From NCBI GenBank assembly GCA_965205265.1, contig CBDBGH010000003.1, positions 3,328,001-3,392,000 of the forward strand: a stretch of 64,000 nucleotides of DNA, given 5' to 3'. The stretch is from Alphaproteobacteria bacterium (GTDB lineage Bacteria > Pseudomonadota > Alphaproteobacteria > Bin95). Below the pieces are notes generated by a model that worked only from the letters and a program-made list of their open reading frames with translations, was not told the origin of the DNA and did not search any database. The translations under genes were made by a program, and so were the position numbers. Shown here piece by piece: positions 44,230-56,607 of the stretch (position 1 is the first letter of the stretch; each line of letters starts with the position of its first letter).

Positions 44230-44325
44230 ATAAACCCGGCCGCGCCTGTCTCACGCTGTTTGTCGTGCGCACCACAAAAGCGCGCTACGCCAGCAAATAT
44301 GCGCCCTTTATGATAATCACCGACA

Positions 44326-44614
44326 CCCGGCGCTCTATCTGAGCGACTCGCGCAGCACGAGGCGCTTCCAGGGCATGACCGAGGAGGAGAGCCTGCCGCT
44401 GCTCGAATGGCTGATGGGCCACGCAACGCGGCCGGAATTCACCTGCCGGCTGCGCTGGGAAGTCGGCACGCTCGCCATCTGGGACAACCGCCGCCTGATG
44501 CACATGGCCGTCAACGACTATTTCGGCCAGCGCCGGGTCATGCAGCGCATCACCATCAAGGGCGGTCCCACAATCGGCATCCTCGACGCGGAGGCAGACC
44601 GGCGGGCGGCTTAG
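44326..44614 (+). pseudogene. TauD-family dioxygenase, 3' part
   Basis: Resumes in frame as PALYLSDSRSTRRFQGMTEEES...WDNRRLMH.A...RRVMQR. Confidence 0.92.
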
Positions 44615-44634
44615 GGCGGAGGTTGGACCGCGGA

Positions 44635-44922
44635 ATGGCAATGAAGGACCCCGTGCATCCCGGCGCAATCGTGCGCGAGGACTGTCTGAAGCCGCTGGGC
44701 CTTTCCGTTACCGAAGGTGCGAAGCGGCTTGGCGTGGGCCGCCAGACGCTGTCCAACCTTGTCAACGAAAAGGCATCGGTCTCGATCGAGATGGCCTATC
44801 GTCTCTCCAAGGCGTTCGGCTCCACCCCGGAAACATGGCTCGGCATGCAGTTGGCTTTCGACCTCGCGCAGCCGCGCCATCTGGAACGCACGATCATAGT
44901 TGAACGAATCGCTGCAGCATAA
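44635..44922 (+). CDS. higA: Orphan HigA-family antitoxin
   Basis: MKDPVHPG.IVREDCL..LGLSVT, SIEMA.RLSKAFGSTPETWL.MQ. Confidence 0.88.
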   Translation: MAMKDPVHPGAIVREDCLKPLGLSVTEGAKRLGVGRQTLSNLVNEKASVSIEMAYRLSKAFGSTPETWLGMQLAFDLAQPRHLERTIIVERIAAA

Positions 44923-44973
44923 GCGTTCGCCAAGAACAGAAAGACATAGACGCCGGCAGCGAAGGACAGCTTT

Positions 44974-45483
44974 TCAACGCCGGAGAGCCGCCACCAGACG
45001 AGCCAGTTCCTGCCAGGGCTCCGGGTCCCAGTAGCCGCTCGCGGCACCGGAGGTCGAGGGCAGCACGAACATCGCGGTATCGCCGATTCGCTCCTCCCGT
45101 AGGCCGTAGCCGACCCGGTTCGCGCCGATGAGCCTCTGCGCCGCGTTCTTGCCGTTGAAGGCGAGCATGCGGGGCCGCGCCGCCTCGATCCTGCGGCAGA
45201 GCCCGTCCGCATCCCATGCGCTGCGCGGTATTTCGGAATCGGGCCCGCTGGCCGTCTTGGCAAGGTCGGTGAGCCCGATGCCGAATTCGGGAAGCAGGCG
45301 GAATTCTTCGGGCTCCAGCAAACGGGGCGTCAGCCCCGTCTCGTGCAGAATGCGCCAGAACCTGTTGCCGGAGCCGACATAGTAGGCGCCGACTTTCGCC
45401 GAGCGACGCCCTGCGGCCGCGCCGCAGACCGCGAGGTCCAGTCCGGGCGGCAGAATGTCGGGAAGAACGAAGGCGCCGGGCAT
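44974..45483 (-). CDS. mug: Mismatch-specific uracil-DNA glycosylase (MUG/TDG family)
   Basis: LPDIL.PGL, YY.GSGNRFW..LH, GIGLTDL.K, VLPSTSG. Confidence 0.88.
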   Translation of the reverse strand: MPGAFVLPDILPPGLDLAVCGAAAGRRSAKVGAYYVGSGNRFWRILHETGLTPRLLEPEEFRLLPEFGIGLTDLAKTASGPDSEIPRSAWDADGLCRRIEAARPRMLAFNGKNAAQRLIGANRVGYGLREERIGDTAMFVLPSTSGAASGYWDPEPWQELARLVAALRR

Positions 45484-45505
45484 GGACTGCCGCGCCGGGC
45501 CGCGC

Positions 45506-45910
45506 TCAGCCCAGTTCGGCGAGCTTCGCTTCGGCGACGGCGGCGCGGCGTTCGGCGGCGGCGCGGCGGCGCTCGTCATCCGTGTCGGCGGCGTCCTCGC
45601 GCGCCTCGCGCAGTTCGCGCTCCACCTCCGCGCGGTCGAACTCGGCGAGCGGCACGGCCTCTTCCGCCAGCACGGTGCAGCGCTCGGGCGTGACTTCCGC
45701 AAAGCCGCCGGCCACGAAGATTGCCGCCGGCTCCCCCCCGCCGTCATGCAGCCGGATCGTGCCGGGGCGCACAGTGGAGATCAGCGGCGCATGGCGGGGC
45801 AGCACGCCGAAATCGCCGGCCCCGCCCGGCACCACCACCATGTCGGCCTCCTGGGAGAGCAGCAGGCGCTCGGGCGTAACCAGTTCGAAGGAAACCTTGC
45901 CGTCCGCCAT
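45506..45910 (-). CDS. atpC: ATP synthase F1 epsilon subunit
   Basis: FELVTPER, GDFGVLPRHAP, GGFAEV. Confidence 0.96.
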   Translation of the reverse strand: MADGKVSFELVTPERLLLSQEADMVVVPGGAGDFGVLPRHAPLISTVRPGTIRLHDGGGEPAAIFVAGGFAEVTPERCTVLAEEAVPLAEFDRAEVERELREAREDAADTDDERRRAAAERRAAVAEAKLAELG

Positions 45911-45912
45911 CG

Positions 45913-48236
<2,324 letters not shown>

Positions 48237-48248
48237 GGCGGCAGGCGC

Positions 48249-49778
48249 TCAGGCGAAGGTCCGGGCGAAGGCGGAGACGATCCCGTCCACTTCCTTCTCG
48301 GTGTCGTCGTCGAGGTCGCCGCTCTCGTCGATGCGCGCGATCAGCTCGCCGTGCCGGGCCTTGATTTCGCCGAGCAGGCCTTCCTCGAAGCGGGTCACGT
48401 CGCGCACGCCGACGCCGTCCAGATAGCCGCGCACGCCGGCGAAGATCGCCACCACCTGCTCGGCCACGCTGCGCGGCGCATACTGGCCCTGCTTCAGCAC
48501 TTCCGTGAGGCGCGCGCCGCGGGCCAGAAGCTGCTGCGTCGAGGCGTCGAGGTCGGAGGCGAATTGGGCGAAAGCCTCCATCTCGCGGTATTGCGCAAGC
48601 TCGAGCTTGATGCGCCCCGCCACCTTCTTCATCGCCTTCGTCTGCGCGGCGGAGCCCACGCGGCTGACCGAGAGGCCGACATTGATCGCCGGGCGCACGC
48701 CCTTGTAGAACAGGTCGGTCTCCAGGAAGATCTGCCCGTCCGTGATCGAGATCACATTGGTCGGGATGAAGGCGGAGACGTCATTGCCCTGGGTCTCGAT
48801 CACCGGAAGCGCCGTCAGCGAGCCGGCGCCGTGGTCGTCCGACATCTTGGCGGCCCGCTCCAGCAGGCGCGAATGGAGGTAGAAGACGTCGCCCGGGAAG
48901 GCCTCGCGGCCCGGCGGGCGGCGCAGCAGCAGCGACATCTGGCGGTAGGCGGTCGCCTGCTTGGAGAGGTCGTCATAGACGATCACCGCATGCATGCCGT
49001 TGTCGCGGAAATACTCGCCCATGGCGCAGCCCGAATAGGGCGCGAGGAACTGGAGCGGCGCGGGGTCCGAGGCCGTGGCGGCGATGACGATGGAGTATTC
49101 CATCGCGCCGTATTCCTCGAGCGTCTTGACCACCTGGGCGACCGAAGAGCGCTTCTGGCCGACGGCGACATAGATGCAGTAGAGCTTCTTCGCCTCGTCG
49201 TCGCTCTCGTTGATCTGCTTCTGGTTGATGAAGGTGTCGATGGCGACTGCGGTCTTGCCGGTCTGCCGGTCGCCGATGATGAGCTCGCGCTGGCCACGCC
49301 CGATAGGCACCAGCGCATCGAGCGCCTTAAGGCCGGTCTGCATCGGCTCGTGGACCGAGCGGCGCGGGATGATGCCGGGGGCCTTGACCTCGACCATCCG
49401 GCGCTCCGCGGCCTCGATGGGGCCCTTGCCGTCGATGGGGTTGCCGAGCCCGTCCACCACGCGGCCGAGCAGCCCCTTGCCGACCGGCACATCGACGATG
49501 GCGGAGGTGCGCTTGACGAGGTCGCCCTCGTGGATGTCGCGGTCCTCGCCGAAGATCACCACGCCCACATTGTCGGCTTCGAGGTTGAGCGCCATGCCGC
49601 GCGTGCCGTCGGCGAACTCGACCATCTCGCCCGCCTGCACGCGGTCGAGGCCGTAAACGCGGGCCACGCCGTCGCCGACGGACAGCACCGTGCCGACCTC
49701 GGCGACATCGGCCTCGTCGCCGAAATTGGCGATCTCGTTCTTGAGGATCGCGGAGATTTCGGAGGCGTCGATATTCAT
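48249..49778 (-). CDS. atpA: ATP synthase F1 alpha subunit
   Basis: [23 protein letters not shown]. Confidence 0.99.
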   Translation of the reverse strand: MNIDASEISAILKNEIANFGDEADVAEVGTVLSVGDGVARVYGLDRVQAGEMVEFADGTRGMALNLEADNVGVVIFGEDRDIHEGDLVKRTSAIVDVPVGKGLLGRVVDGLGNPIDGKGPIEAAERRMVEVKAPGIIPRRSVHEPMQTGLKALDALVPIGRGQRELIIGDRQTGKTAVAIDTFINQKQINESDDEAKKLYCIYVAVGQKRSSVAQVVKTLEEYGAMEYSIVIAATASDPAPLQFLAPYSGCAMGEYFRDNGMHAVIVYDDLSKQATAYRQMSLLLRRPPGREAFPGDVFYLHSRLLERAAKMSDDHGAGSLTALPVIETQGNDVSAFIPTNVISITDGQIFLETDLFYKGVRPAINVGLSVSRVGSAAQTKAMKKVAGRIKLELAQYREMEAFAQFASDLDASTQQLLARGARLTEVLKQGQYAPRSVAEQVVAIFAGVRGYLDGVGVRDVTRFEEGLLGEIKARHGELIARIDESGDLDDDTEKEVDGIVSAFARTFA

Positions 49779-49784
49779 GTCCCC

Positions 49785-50342
49785 TCAAGCCCCTTTCATG
49801 GAGAGTTCGAGCCGGCGCAGCCGGGAGCCGAGCGAGCTGTCGTAAAGCCGCGAACCGAGCCTGACGACCAGTCCGCCGAGAATGTCGGGATCGACCTTGA
49901 GGTCGATGGAAACCCTGCCGCCCGCAATGCCGCCGAGCGCGGCTTCGAGCGAGCGGCGCTGCGCGTCGTCGAGAGCGTGCGCCACGGTCACTTCCGCCGT
50001 GACCTCGCCCCGGCGCTCGGCCAGCACGGCGAGGAAGCGCTCGGCAATGGCCTGGAGCGCGAACAGCCGGCCGTGGCGCGCGACGACGCCGATGAAATTG
50101 CGCGTGAGGTCCGAGAAGCCGGCCCGCTCGGCCACCGCCTGCATGGCGCGCGCGCGGTCCTCGCGGGCGATCAGCGGCGAGCGCGCGAGATGGGTAAGCT
50201 CCGGGCTTCCCTCCAGCAGCGCCTTCAGCGCCTCCAGGTCTTCCGCGACCCCGTCCAGCGCCTTGCGCTCCTCGGCAAGCTCCAGCAGAGCGGTCGCATA
50301 GCGCTCGGCGAGTGCGGAAACCGGTCCTGCCTGAGAAGCCAC
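49785..50342 (-). CDS. atpH: ATP synthase F1 delta subunit
   Basis: ERYATAL, VDPDILGGLVV.LGS...DSS. Confidence 0.95.
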   Translation of the reverse strand: MASQAGPVSALAERYATALLELAEERKALDGVAEDLEALKALLEGSPELTHLARSPLIAREDRARAMQAVAERAGFSDLTRNFIGVVARHGRLFALQAIAERFLAVLAERRGEVTAEVTVAHALDDAQRRSLEAALGGIAGGRVSIDLKVDPDILGGLVVRLGSRLYDSSLGSRLRRLELSMKGA

Positions 50343-50609
50343 GAATAATGTCCCCGAATGCGTGCCGCCTTGGGTCCGCCGCCGCTCGAAAGCCCCGGCG
50401 AAAAGACGGCCGCCAAGCCGAGCGCAACGGGCGCGAGCCCGAGAGCGCCGCGCGGGCTTTCTGCTATCACAGCGCCCGCCGAAGCCGCAACCGAACCCCC
50501 CGCGACATATTGGCTTGTCGCCCGAATTATAGTGTCGATGTGGTGTGGAATTAAGGCGCCGTCCGCCCTACCCTTTCCAAGCTAACCGGGCCACGACAGG
50601 GAGGCCGCA

Positions 50610-50876
50610 ATGGAAGTCGCCATACGCGAGGCGAAGGCGCGCCTTTCAGAGCTCGTGGCCGCCGCCCGGAACGGCGAGCGCGTCGTCATCACGAAGCACG
50701 GCCGCCCGGCGGCCGAACTCGTTCCTTGCAAGGCGCGCGGCGGCCTCGACTTCGACAAGCTGGACAGGATACGGGAACGCCTCGGCATCGTCGGGGACGC
50801 GGAGCCCTGGCCGGAAGAATGGAACGACCCGGCCTTCAGCCGCCAGGTGCTGGGGCTGGAGGACGAAGACGGGTAG
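50610..50876 (+). CDS. Phd/YefM-family antitoxin
   Basis: IREAKARLSELV....GERVVITKHGRP.AEL. Confidence 0.92.
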   Translation: MEVAIREAKARLSELVAAARNGERVVITKHGRPAAELVPCKARGGLDFDKLDRIRERLGIVGDAEPWPEEWNDPAFSRQVLGLEDEDG

Positions 50877-50880
50877 CGGG

Positions 50881-51288
50881 GTGCGCATCCTCCTCGACAC
50901 CCACTGGCTCTACGACTTCATGGAGGCTCCGGGGAAACTGCCGGCAACCGCGCGACGCTTGCTGGCCGACCGGAATACGCAGCTGTTTTCGAGCGCGGTA
51001 TCCGTCTGGGAAATGCGGCTCAAGTTACACACCCGCCATCGGGACGGCGCGCGCAAGAGCCGCTTCGACCCGAAGGACGTGCTGGCGGCGCTGGAGGATC
51101 TGGATATTCCGGTACTCGCCATGACCCCGGCGCACGCGGCGCGGCCTCTCGAAACGCCGCTTCCCCACCGCGACCCGTTCGACGAACTGCTGCTCGTCCA
51201 GGCGCAGGAGGAAGGCCTCAAACTGCTGACCCGCGACCGCCTGCTCATCGGCCATCCGCTCGCGGTCTCGCCGGGCGCGGCTGCATAG
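50881..51288 (+). CDS. vapC: VapC PIN-domain toxin
   Basis: LLDTH, SVWE, HRDPFD, LLTRD: all four acidic PIN residues present. Confidence 0.92.
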   Translation: MRILLDTHWLYDFMEAPGKLPATARRLLADRNTQLFSSAVSVWEMRLKLHTRHRDGARKSRFDPKDVLAALEDLDIPVLAMTPAHAARPLETPLPHRDPFDELLLVQAQEEGLKLLTRDRLLIGHPLAVSPGAAA

Positions 51289-51303
51289 CGAAGCGCGCGC
51301 GCC

Positions 51304-53466
51304 TCACATGAAGCTGTAGGGGTCCACGTCTATCTGAAGGGAGACGCTGGCGGGCAGGCGGACGGAGCCGAGCCAGGCGCGCAGCACGGGTTGCACCGGG
51401 CGCTCGCGCGGGGCCTTGAGCAGGAGGCGCCAGCGGTGGCGGCCGCGCAGCAGCGCCAGCGGCGCGGGCGCGGGGCCGAGCACGTCCGCCTCCCCGCCCC
51501 GGGGCGCGGCGCGGGCGAGCGCGCGGGCCGCCGCCTCCACCGCCGCCGCATCGCGCGAGGCCAGCACCAGCGCTGCGAGGCGCCCGTAAGGCGGCATGCC
51601 GGCGGCCCGGCGCCCCTCGCGCTCGGCCGCCAGGAACGCCTGCCGGTCGCCCGAGGCGAGCGCCTGCATCACCGGGTTCTCCGGCTGCCAGGTCTGCACC
51701 AGCACGCGCCCCGGCCGCTCCGCCCGCCCGGCGCGGCCGGCCGCCTGGGTCAGCAATTGGTGGGTGCGCTCGGAGGCGCGCAGGTCGCCGCCGGCGAGGC
51801 CGAGGTCGCCGTCCACCACGCCGACGGCCGTCAGCCAGAGGAAATGGTGCCCCTTGGCGGCAAGCTGCGTGCCGATGATCAGGTCGATCTCGCGCGCCTC
51901 CACCTTCTCGACGAACTCGGCGGCGGCGCGGGGCCCGCGCACGCTGTCGCTCGAAAACACGCCGAGCCGCGCCTCGGGAAAGAGCGCCGCCGCTTCCTCG
52001 GCGATGCGCTCCACGCCGGGCCCGCAGGCGGCGAGGCTTTCCTCCGCCCCGCAGGCCGGGCATTTCGGGGGCGGCGGGCCGGCATGGCCGCAATGGTGGC
52101 ATTGCAGCCGCCCGGCCAGCCTGTGCTCCACCAGCCAGGCGCTGCAATTGAGGCATTCGATGCGGTGCCCGCAGGCGCGGCAGAGCGTGAGCGGCGCATA
52201 ACCCCGCCGGTTGAGGAACAGCAGCGCCTGCTCGCCGGCCTCCAGCGCGCTCCGGACCGCCGCCTCCAGCGGCGCGGCGAGCCACTGGCCGCGCGCGGGC
52301 GGGCTCCGGCGCAGGTCGATCAGCGAGACTTCCGGCAGGGCCGCCCGCCTGTAGCGCTCCGAGAGCCTCAGCCGCCGGTAGCGCCCGGCATCGGCGTTCT
52401 CCTCGCTTTCGAGCGAGGGCGTGGCGGAGGCGAGCACGACCGGCACGTCCTCCAGCCGGGCGCGCAGCACGGCCATGTCGCGCGCGTGGTAGGCGACGCC
52501 GTCCTCCTGCTTGAAGGCGGGCTCGTGCTCCTCGTCCACCACAATGGCGCCGAGCTCGGGGAAGGGCAGAAAGAGCGCCGAGCGCGCGCCGACGACCACT
52601 CGCGCCCGGCCCTCCGCCACCGCCCGCCAGCCGCTGCGCCGCTCGCCGGCCGGCAGGTCCGAATGCCAGGCGAGCGGCCGCGCGCCGAACCGCGCCTCGA
52701 AACGCTGCATCCACTGCGCCGTCAGCGCGATCTCGGGCAGCAGGATGAGCGTCTGCCGGCCGCGCCGGAGCGCGGCCGCAACCGCCTCGAAATAGACCTC
52801 GGTCTTGCCCGCCCCCGCGACGCCCTCCAGCAGCGACACGGAGAAGCCGGCACCCCCGAGCCCCGCCGCCGCCGCCGCCTGCTCTTCCGTCAGCCCGACG
52901 CGGCCGCTGTCCGGGTCCGGCGGCGCGAAGGCCGGCCCCGGCGGCAGCACCGCCGGCTCGACCGCACCCAGCGCCGCAAGGCCCTTGAGGACGCCCGGCC
53001 CCGTCCCGGTCTCACGGGCGATTTCGGCAGCTATGAGCGCGCCGCCGCCCGCCAGCAGCTCCAGCACGAGCCGGCGCTGCGGCGTGGCGCGCATGGCCGG
53101 CGGCGGGATATCGGCCAGCCGCCAGGCGCGGCGCGGCTTCGGCGGCTCCAGCGCCGCCGGCACGCTCAGCGCCATGCGCAGCACGGAGCCCGGCGGCGAG
53201 AGCGTGTAATTCGCCACCCGCGCAACGAAGCGGCGGAGCGGCGGGCGCATCGGCGGAATGTCGAAGCGCCGCGCCACGGGCTTCAGGCGGTCCGGCGCGA
53301 CGCCGCCGGGCTCCCCGTCCCAGACCACGCCGGCCACGTGGCGGCGGCCGAGCGGGACCTCCACGATGTCGCCCGGCTCGAACCCCTCGCCCGCATAATC
53401 GTAGGGGCCGGGCAGCGGCAGGGGCAGCAGGACCGGCACGGTTATGGCGCGGTTCGGGGCGGACAT
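51304..53466 (-). CDS. priA: Primosomal protein N'
   Basis: [15 protein letters not shown], Cys-rich [23 protein letters not shown]. Confidence 0.96.
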   Translation of the reverse strand: MSAPNRAITVPVLLPLPLPGPYDYAGEGFEPGDIVEVPLGRRHVAGVVWDGEPGGVAPDRLKPVARRFDIPPMRPPLRRFVARVANYTLSPPGSVLRMALSVPAALEPPKPRRAWRLADIPPPAMRATPQRRLVLELLAGGGALIAAEIARETGTGPGVLKGLAALGAVEPAVLPPGPAFAPPDPDSGRVGLTEEQAAAAAGLGGAGFSVSLLEGVAGAGKTEVYFEAVAAALRRGRQTLILLPEIALTAQWMQRFEARFGARPLAWHSDLPAGERRSGWRAVAEGRARVVVGARSALFLPFPELGAIVVDEEHEPAFKQEDGVAYHARDMAVLRARLEDVPVVLASATPSLESEENADAGRYRRLRLSERYRRAALPEVSLIDLRRSPPARGQWLAAPLEAAVRSALEAGEQALLFLNRRGYAPLTLCRACGHRIECLNCSAWLVEHRLAGRLQCHHCGHAGPPPPKCPACGAEESLAACGPGVERIAEEAAALFPEARLGVFSSDSVRGPRAAAEFVEKVEAREIDLIIGTQLAAKGHHFLWLTAVGVVDGDLGLAGGDLRASERTHQLLTQAAGRAGRAERPGRVLVQTWQPENPVMQALASGDRQAFLAAEREGRRAAGMPPYGRLAALVLASRDAAAVEAAARALARAAPRGGEADVLGPAPAPLALLRGRHRWRLLLKAPRERPVQPVLRAWLGSVRLPASVSLQIDVDPYSFM

Positions 53467-53511
53467 GTATAGAGTCATAACGGTTCGCAGCGACGATAAG
53501 GGCGGGTTGCC

Positions 53512-54189
53512 ATGAAATTCTTTGTCGATACCGCCGATCTGGCGGAAATCCGCGACATGGCCGGGACCGGCATGGTCGACGGCGTCACCACCAACCCCTC
53601 GCTGATCGCGAAGAGCGGGCGACCGCTGCTGGAGGCGATCGCCGACATCTGCGCGCTCGTGGACGGGCCGGTGAGCGCGGAAGTCACCGCGACCGACCAC
53701 GACACCATGCTGGCGGAGGGCCGGCGGCTGGCCGCTATTGCGCCCAATGTGGCGGTCAAGGTGCCGCTCACCGTGGACGGTCTGCGCACTTGCCGGGCGC
53801 TCGCCGACGACGGCGTGACGGTCAATGTCACCCTTTGCTTCTCGCCCCAGCAGGCCCTGCTGGCGGCGCGGGCGGGCGCGGGCTTCATCTCCCCCTTTGT
53901 CGGCCGGCTGGACGATCTCGGACAGGACGGCATCGGGCTCGTGCGCGACATCTGCGAAATTTACCGCGCCTATGACAACATCGGCACCGAGGTGCTGGCG
54001 GCGTCGGTCCGCGGCCCCCTGCATGTGGTCGAGGCGGCCCGTTGCGGGGCGCACGCGGCCACGGTGCCGCCGCAGATCCTGCGGCAGCTCTACCGCCATC
54101 CGCTGACGGATGCGGGGCTCGAAGCCTTCCTCGCGGACTGGCGCAAGACCGGCCAGTCGATCCTCGGCCTGCCCGAGGCCGCGGACTAG
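53512..54189 (+). CDS. tal: Transaldolase / fructose-6-phosphate aldolase
   Basis: [29 protein letters not shown]. Confidence 0.92.
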   Translation: MKFFVDTADLAEIRDMAGTGMVDGVTTNPSLIAKSGRPLLEAIADICALVDGPVSAEVTATDHDTMLAEGRRLAAIAPNVAVKVPLTVDGLRTCRALADDGVTVNVTLCFSPQQALLAARAGAGFISPFVGRLDDLGQDGIGLVRDICEIYRAYDNIGTEVLAASVRGPLHVVEAARCGAHAATVPPQILRQLYRHPLTDAGLEAFLADWRKTGQSILGLPEAAD

Positions 54190-54209
54190 GCCCGCCCGTG
54201 TCCGGGCCC

Positions 54210-54878
54210 ATGTCGGACGAGGTCGCCGAATATCTCCGGCGCAATCCGGATTTCCTGCGCCGCCATCCCGACCTGCTGACGGTTCTGTCCCCGCCGGGGC
54301 GCGACGAAGGCGGCGTGGTGGACCTCCAGCGCGTCATGGTAGAGCGCGAGCGGCGGAACAGCAGCGAGCTGCGCGAGGCGTTGCGCGAATTGCTCGAAAT
54401 CGGGGCGAGCAACCAGTCCGGCATGTCCCGGGTCCACGATGCGGCGCTCGCCGCAGCGGGTCGGCGGCGTTTTGCGGAACTCGCCGCCATCGTCTCCGGC
54501 GAATGGCCGGGCCTGCTCGGCTGCGACGGAGCGGCGCTTGCCTTCGAGACGCGCGCCGAGGCGCTGCCCGCAGCGCCGGGCCTTGCGGCGCTGGCGCCGC
54601 GCCGGGTGGACGCACTGCTCGGCGAAGGTGACGCCCGGCTCGAGGGCGGGCTGGAGCGGGGCCCGGCGGACCTGTTCGGCGCGGCGGCAAAAACGGTGGG
54701 CAGCATGGCGCTCTTGCGCCTCGATGCCGGGCCGCGCGGCCCGGCCGGCCTGCTCGCGCTCTCTTCGCGGGACCCGGAGCATTTCCAGGCCGGGCAAGGA
54801 ACCGATTTGCTCGTCTTCCTCGCGCGCATGGTCTCGGCGCAACTGCCGGCGCTCATCGACTCGCCCGAAGCGCTATGA
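54210..54878 (+). CDS. DUF484 (YigA-like) protein
   Basis: [27 protein letters not shown]; conserved position before xerC. Confidence 0.88.
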   Translation: MSDEVAEYLRRNPDFLRRHPDLLTVLSPPGRDEGGVVDLQRVMVERERRNSSELREALRELLEIGASNQSGMSRVHDAALAAAGRRRFAELAAIVSGEWPGLLGCDGAALAFETRAEALPAAPGLAALAPRRVDALLGEGDARLEGGLERGPADLFGAAAKTVGSMALLRLDAGPRGPAGLLALSSRDPEHFQAGQGTDLLVFLARMVSAQLPALIDSPEAL

Positions 54879-55777
54879 CGCCGGAAACCGCCAGGCTGCT
54901 GGAGGACTGGCGCGGCTGGCTCGCGCATGAGCGCGGCTTCTCCAGGCACACCGTCTCCGGCTACCGGCGGGACACGGCCGATTTCCTCGCATTTCTCGAA
55001 GGCTATACCAGCGAGCCGGTCTCGCCTGCGGACCTGACGAAGATCGAGCCGCGCGATATCCGCGCCTGGCTTGCCGCGCGCGCGCGCGGCGGAATGGGAG
55101 CTTCCTCGCGCGCCCGCGGCCTCTCGGCGCTGCGCAGCTGGCTGCGCTGGCTGGCGCGCCGGGGCGTGGGCGACGCGGCGGCGCTCACCGGCATCCGCAC
55201 GCCGAAATTGCCGCGCCCGGTGCCCAAGGCGCTCGCGCGCGACGAGACCGACCGCCTGCTCGCCGCGCCCGGCGAGGACTGGCAGGACCGCCGCGACCTG
55301 GCGCTGTTCTCCCTGCTTTACGGCGCGGGGCTCAGGATCGGCGAGGCGCTCGCGCTCGACGGGCGCGCCTTCGAGGCCGGGGACGCGCTCAGGGTCATCG
55401 GCAAGGGGCGGAAGGAGCGGGTCGTGCCGCTGCTGCCGGCGGTGCGCGAGGCGGCGGCCGCATACCGCAGGACCTGCCCGTTTCCGCTGCTGCCGGACGG
55501 GCCGTTCTTCCTCGGCGCGCGCGGCGGGCGCCTGCAGGCCGGTGTCGCCCAGCTCCGGCTCCGGCGCCTGCGCGCCCGGCTGGACCTGCCCGAAACGGCG
55601 ACGCCGCATGCGCTCCGCCACAGCTTCGCGACGCATCTGCTGGGCGCCGGCGCGGACCTCAGGACCATCCAGGAATTGCTGGGGCACGCCTCGCTCGCCA
55701 CGACGCAGCGCTACACCGCCGTGGATGTCGCCCATCTGGAGAAGGTGTTCCGCGCCGCCCATCCGAGAGCGAGATGA
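54875..55777 (+). CDS. xerC: Tyrosine recombinase XerC
   Basis: YGAGLRIGE, GKGRKER, TPHALRHSFATHLL, LGHASL.TTQRY. Confidence 0.93.
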   Translation: MTPETARLLEDWRGWLAHERGFSRHTVSGYRRDTADFLAFLEGYTSEPVSPADLTKIEPRDIRAWLAARARGGMGASSRARGLSALRSWLRWLARRGVGDAAALTGIRTPKLPRPVPKALARDETDRLLAAPGEDWQDRRDLALFSLLYGAGLRIGEALALDGRAFEAGDALRVIGKGRKERVVPLLPAVREAAAAYRRTCPFPLLPDGPFFLGARGGRLQAGVAQLRLRRLRARLDLPETATPHALRHSFATHLLGAGADLRTIQELLGHASLATTQRYTAVDVAHLEKVFRAAHPRAR

Positions 55778-55839
55778 ACATTGGCAATCCGTCTCTTCTG
55801 TTATAGTCCCGCGATTCGCCGCTGCCGGAGCGCCATGCC

Positions 55840-56607
55840 GTGACGATGCCCCTGGTCGGAATTTCGGCCTGCACCAAGACCTTCCACAATTTCCCGGTGC
55901 ATTCGGTCCATTCCCGGTTCGCCGAGGTGGTGGTGGAGGTGGTGGGCGCCGCGCCGCTGCTCATCCCGCCGGTTGGCGAGCATATCGACATTCCGGACCT
56001 CGTGTCGCGGTTCGACGGCATCATCACCACCGGCAGCCCCTCCAATGTCCAGCCGCATCTCTACGGCCAGGACATCGATCCCGAGAACACGAATTTCGAT
56101 CCCGGCCGCGACGCCACCACGCTGCCCATGCTGCGCGAGGCGGCGCTTCAGGGCGTGCCTGTGCTCGCCATCTGCCGGGGCATCCAGGAGTTGAACGTCG
56201 CCTTCGGCGGCACGCTCCACCAGTTCGTCCACAAGGTGCCGGGCTGCCAGGACCACCGCTCGGTGAAGACCCGCCCGATGGGCAGCCGCGCCGCGCTCCG
56301 CCATGCCGTGACGCTCGCGGAAGGCGGGCTTCTGCGCCGCATTGCCGGGGGGCGCAGCTTCGAGATGGTGAACTCGCTCCATGCCGAGGGGCTGGACCGG
56401 GTTGCCGACGGGTTCATGGTCGAGGCGCGTGCGCCCGACGGCGTGGTCGAGGCGATCTCGCGGCCGGCCGGCGCCTTCTGCCTCGGCGTCCAGTGGCACC
56501 CCGAAACGCTCTACCAGACCAACGCTTTCGCACGCGCCATCTTCGCCGCCTTCGGCGATGCGGTGAAAGCCCGCACGATGGGCGCCGGCGCCGTCCGCGC
56601 GGCATGA
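55840..56607 (+). CDS. Gamma-glutamyl-gamma-aminobutyrate hydrolase (PuuD-like, peptidase C26)
   Basis: TGSPSNV.P, DP.RDATTL, AICRGIQELNVA.GG, VQWHPE. Confidence 0.88.
   Translation: MTMPLVGISACTKTFHNFPVHSVHSRFAEVVVEVVGAAPLLIPPVGEHIDIPDLVSRFDGIITTGSPSNVQPHLYGQDIDPENTNFDPGRDATTLPMLREAALQGVPVLAICRGIQELNVAFGGTLHQFVHKVPGCQDHRSVKTRPMGSRAALRHAVTLAEGGLLRRIAGGRSFEMVNSLHAEGLDRVADGFMVEARAPDGVVEAISRPAGAFCLGVQWHPETLYQTNAFARAIFAAFGDAVKARTMGAGAVRAA

Larger units (their letters stand above)
40240..44325 (-). mobile_element. IS21-family element with passenger genes (4,086 bp)
   Basis: Ends read TGT...ACA; imperfect terminal IR (27/38 identical, including AAGGGCG..TATTTGCTGGCG); 5-bp CCCGG duplication at 40235-40239 and 44326-44330; contains istA and istB. 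Confidence 0.95.

Noticed and set aside
50502-50521. GCGACA-N8-TGTCGC palindrome between atpH and phd
   Set aside because: 6-bp arms in GC-rich DNA can arise by chance and no regulator could be assigned.
54875-55777. Tyrosine recombinase as the integrase of the tRNA-Glu island
   Set aside because: It sits in the conserved priA-tal-DUF484-xerC housekeeping context about 2.7 kb from the tRNA and has XerC motifs.
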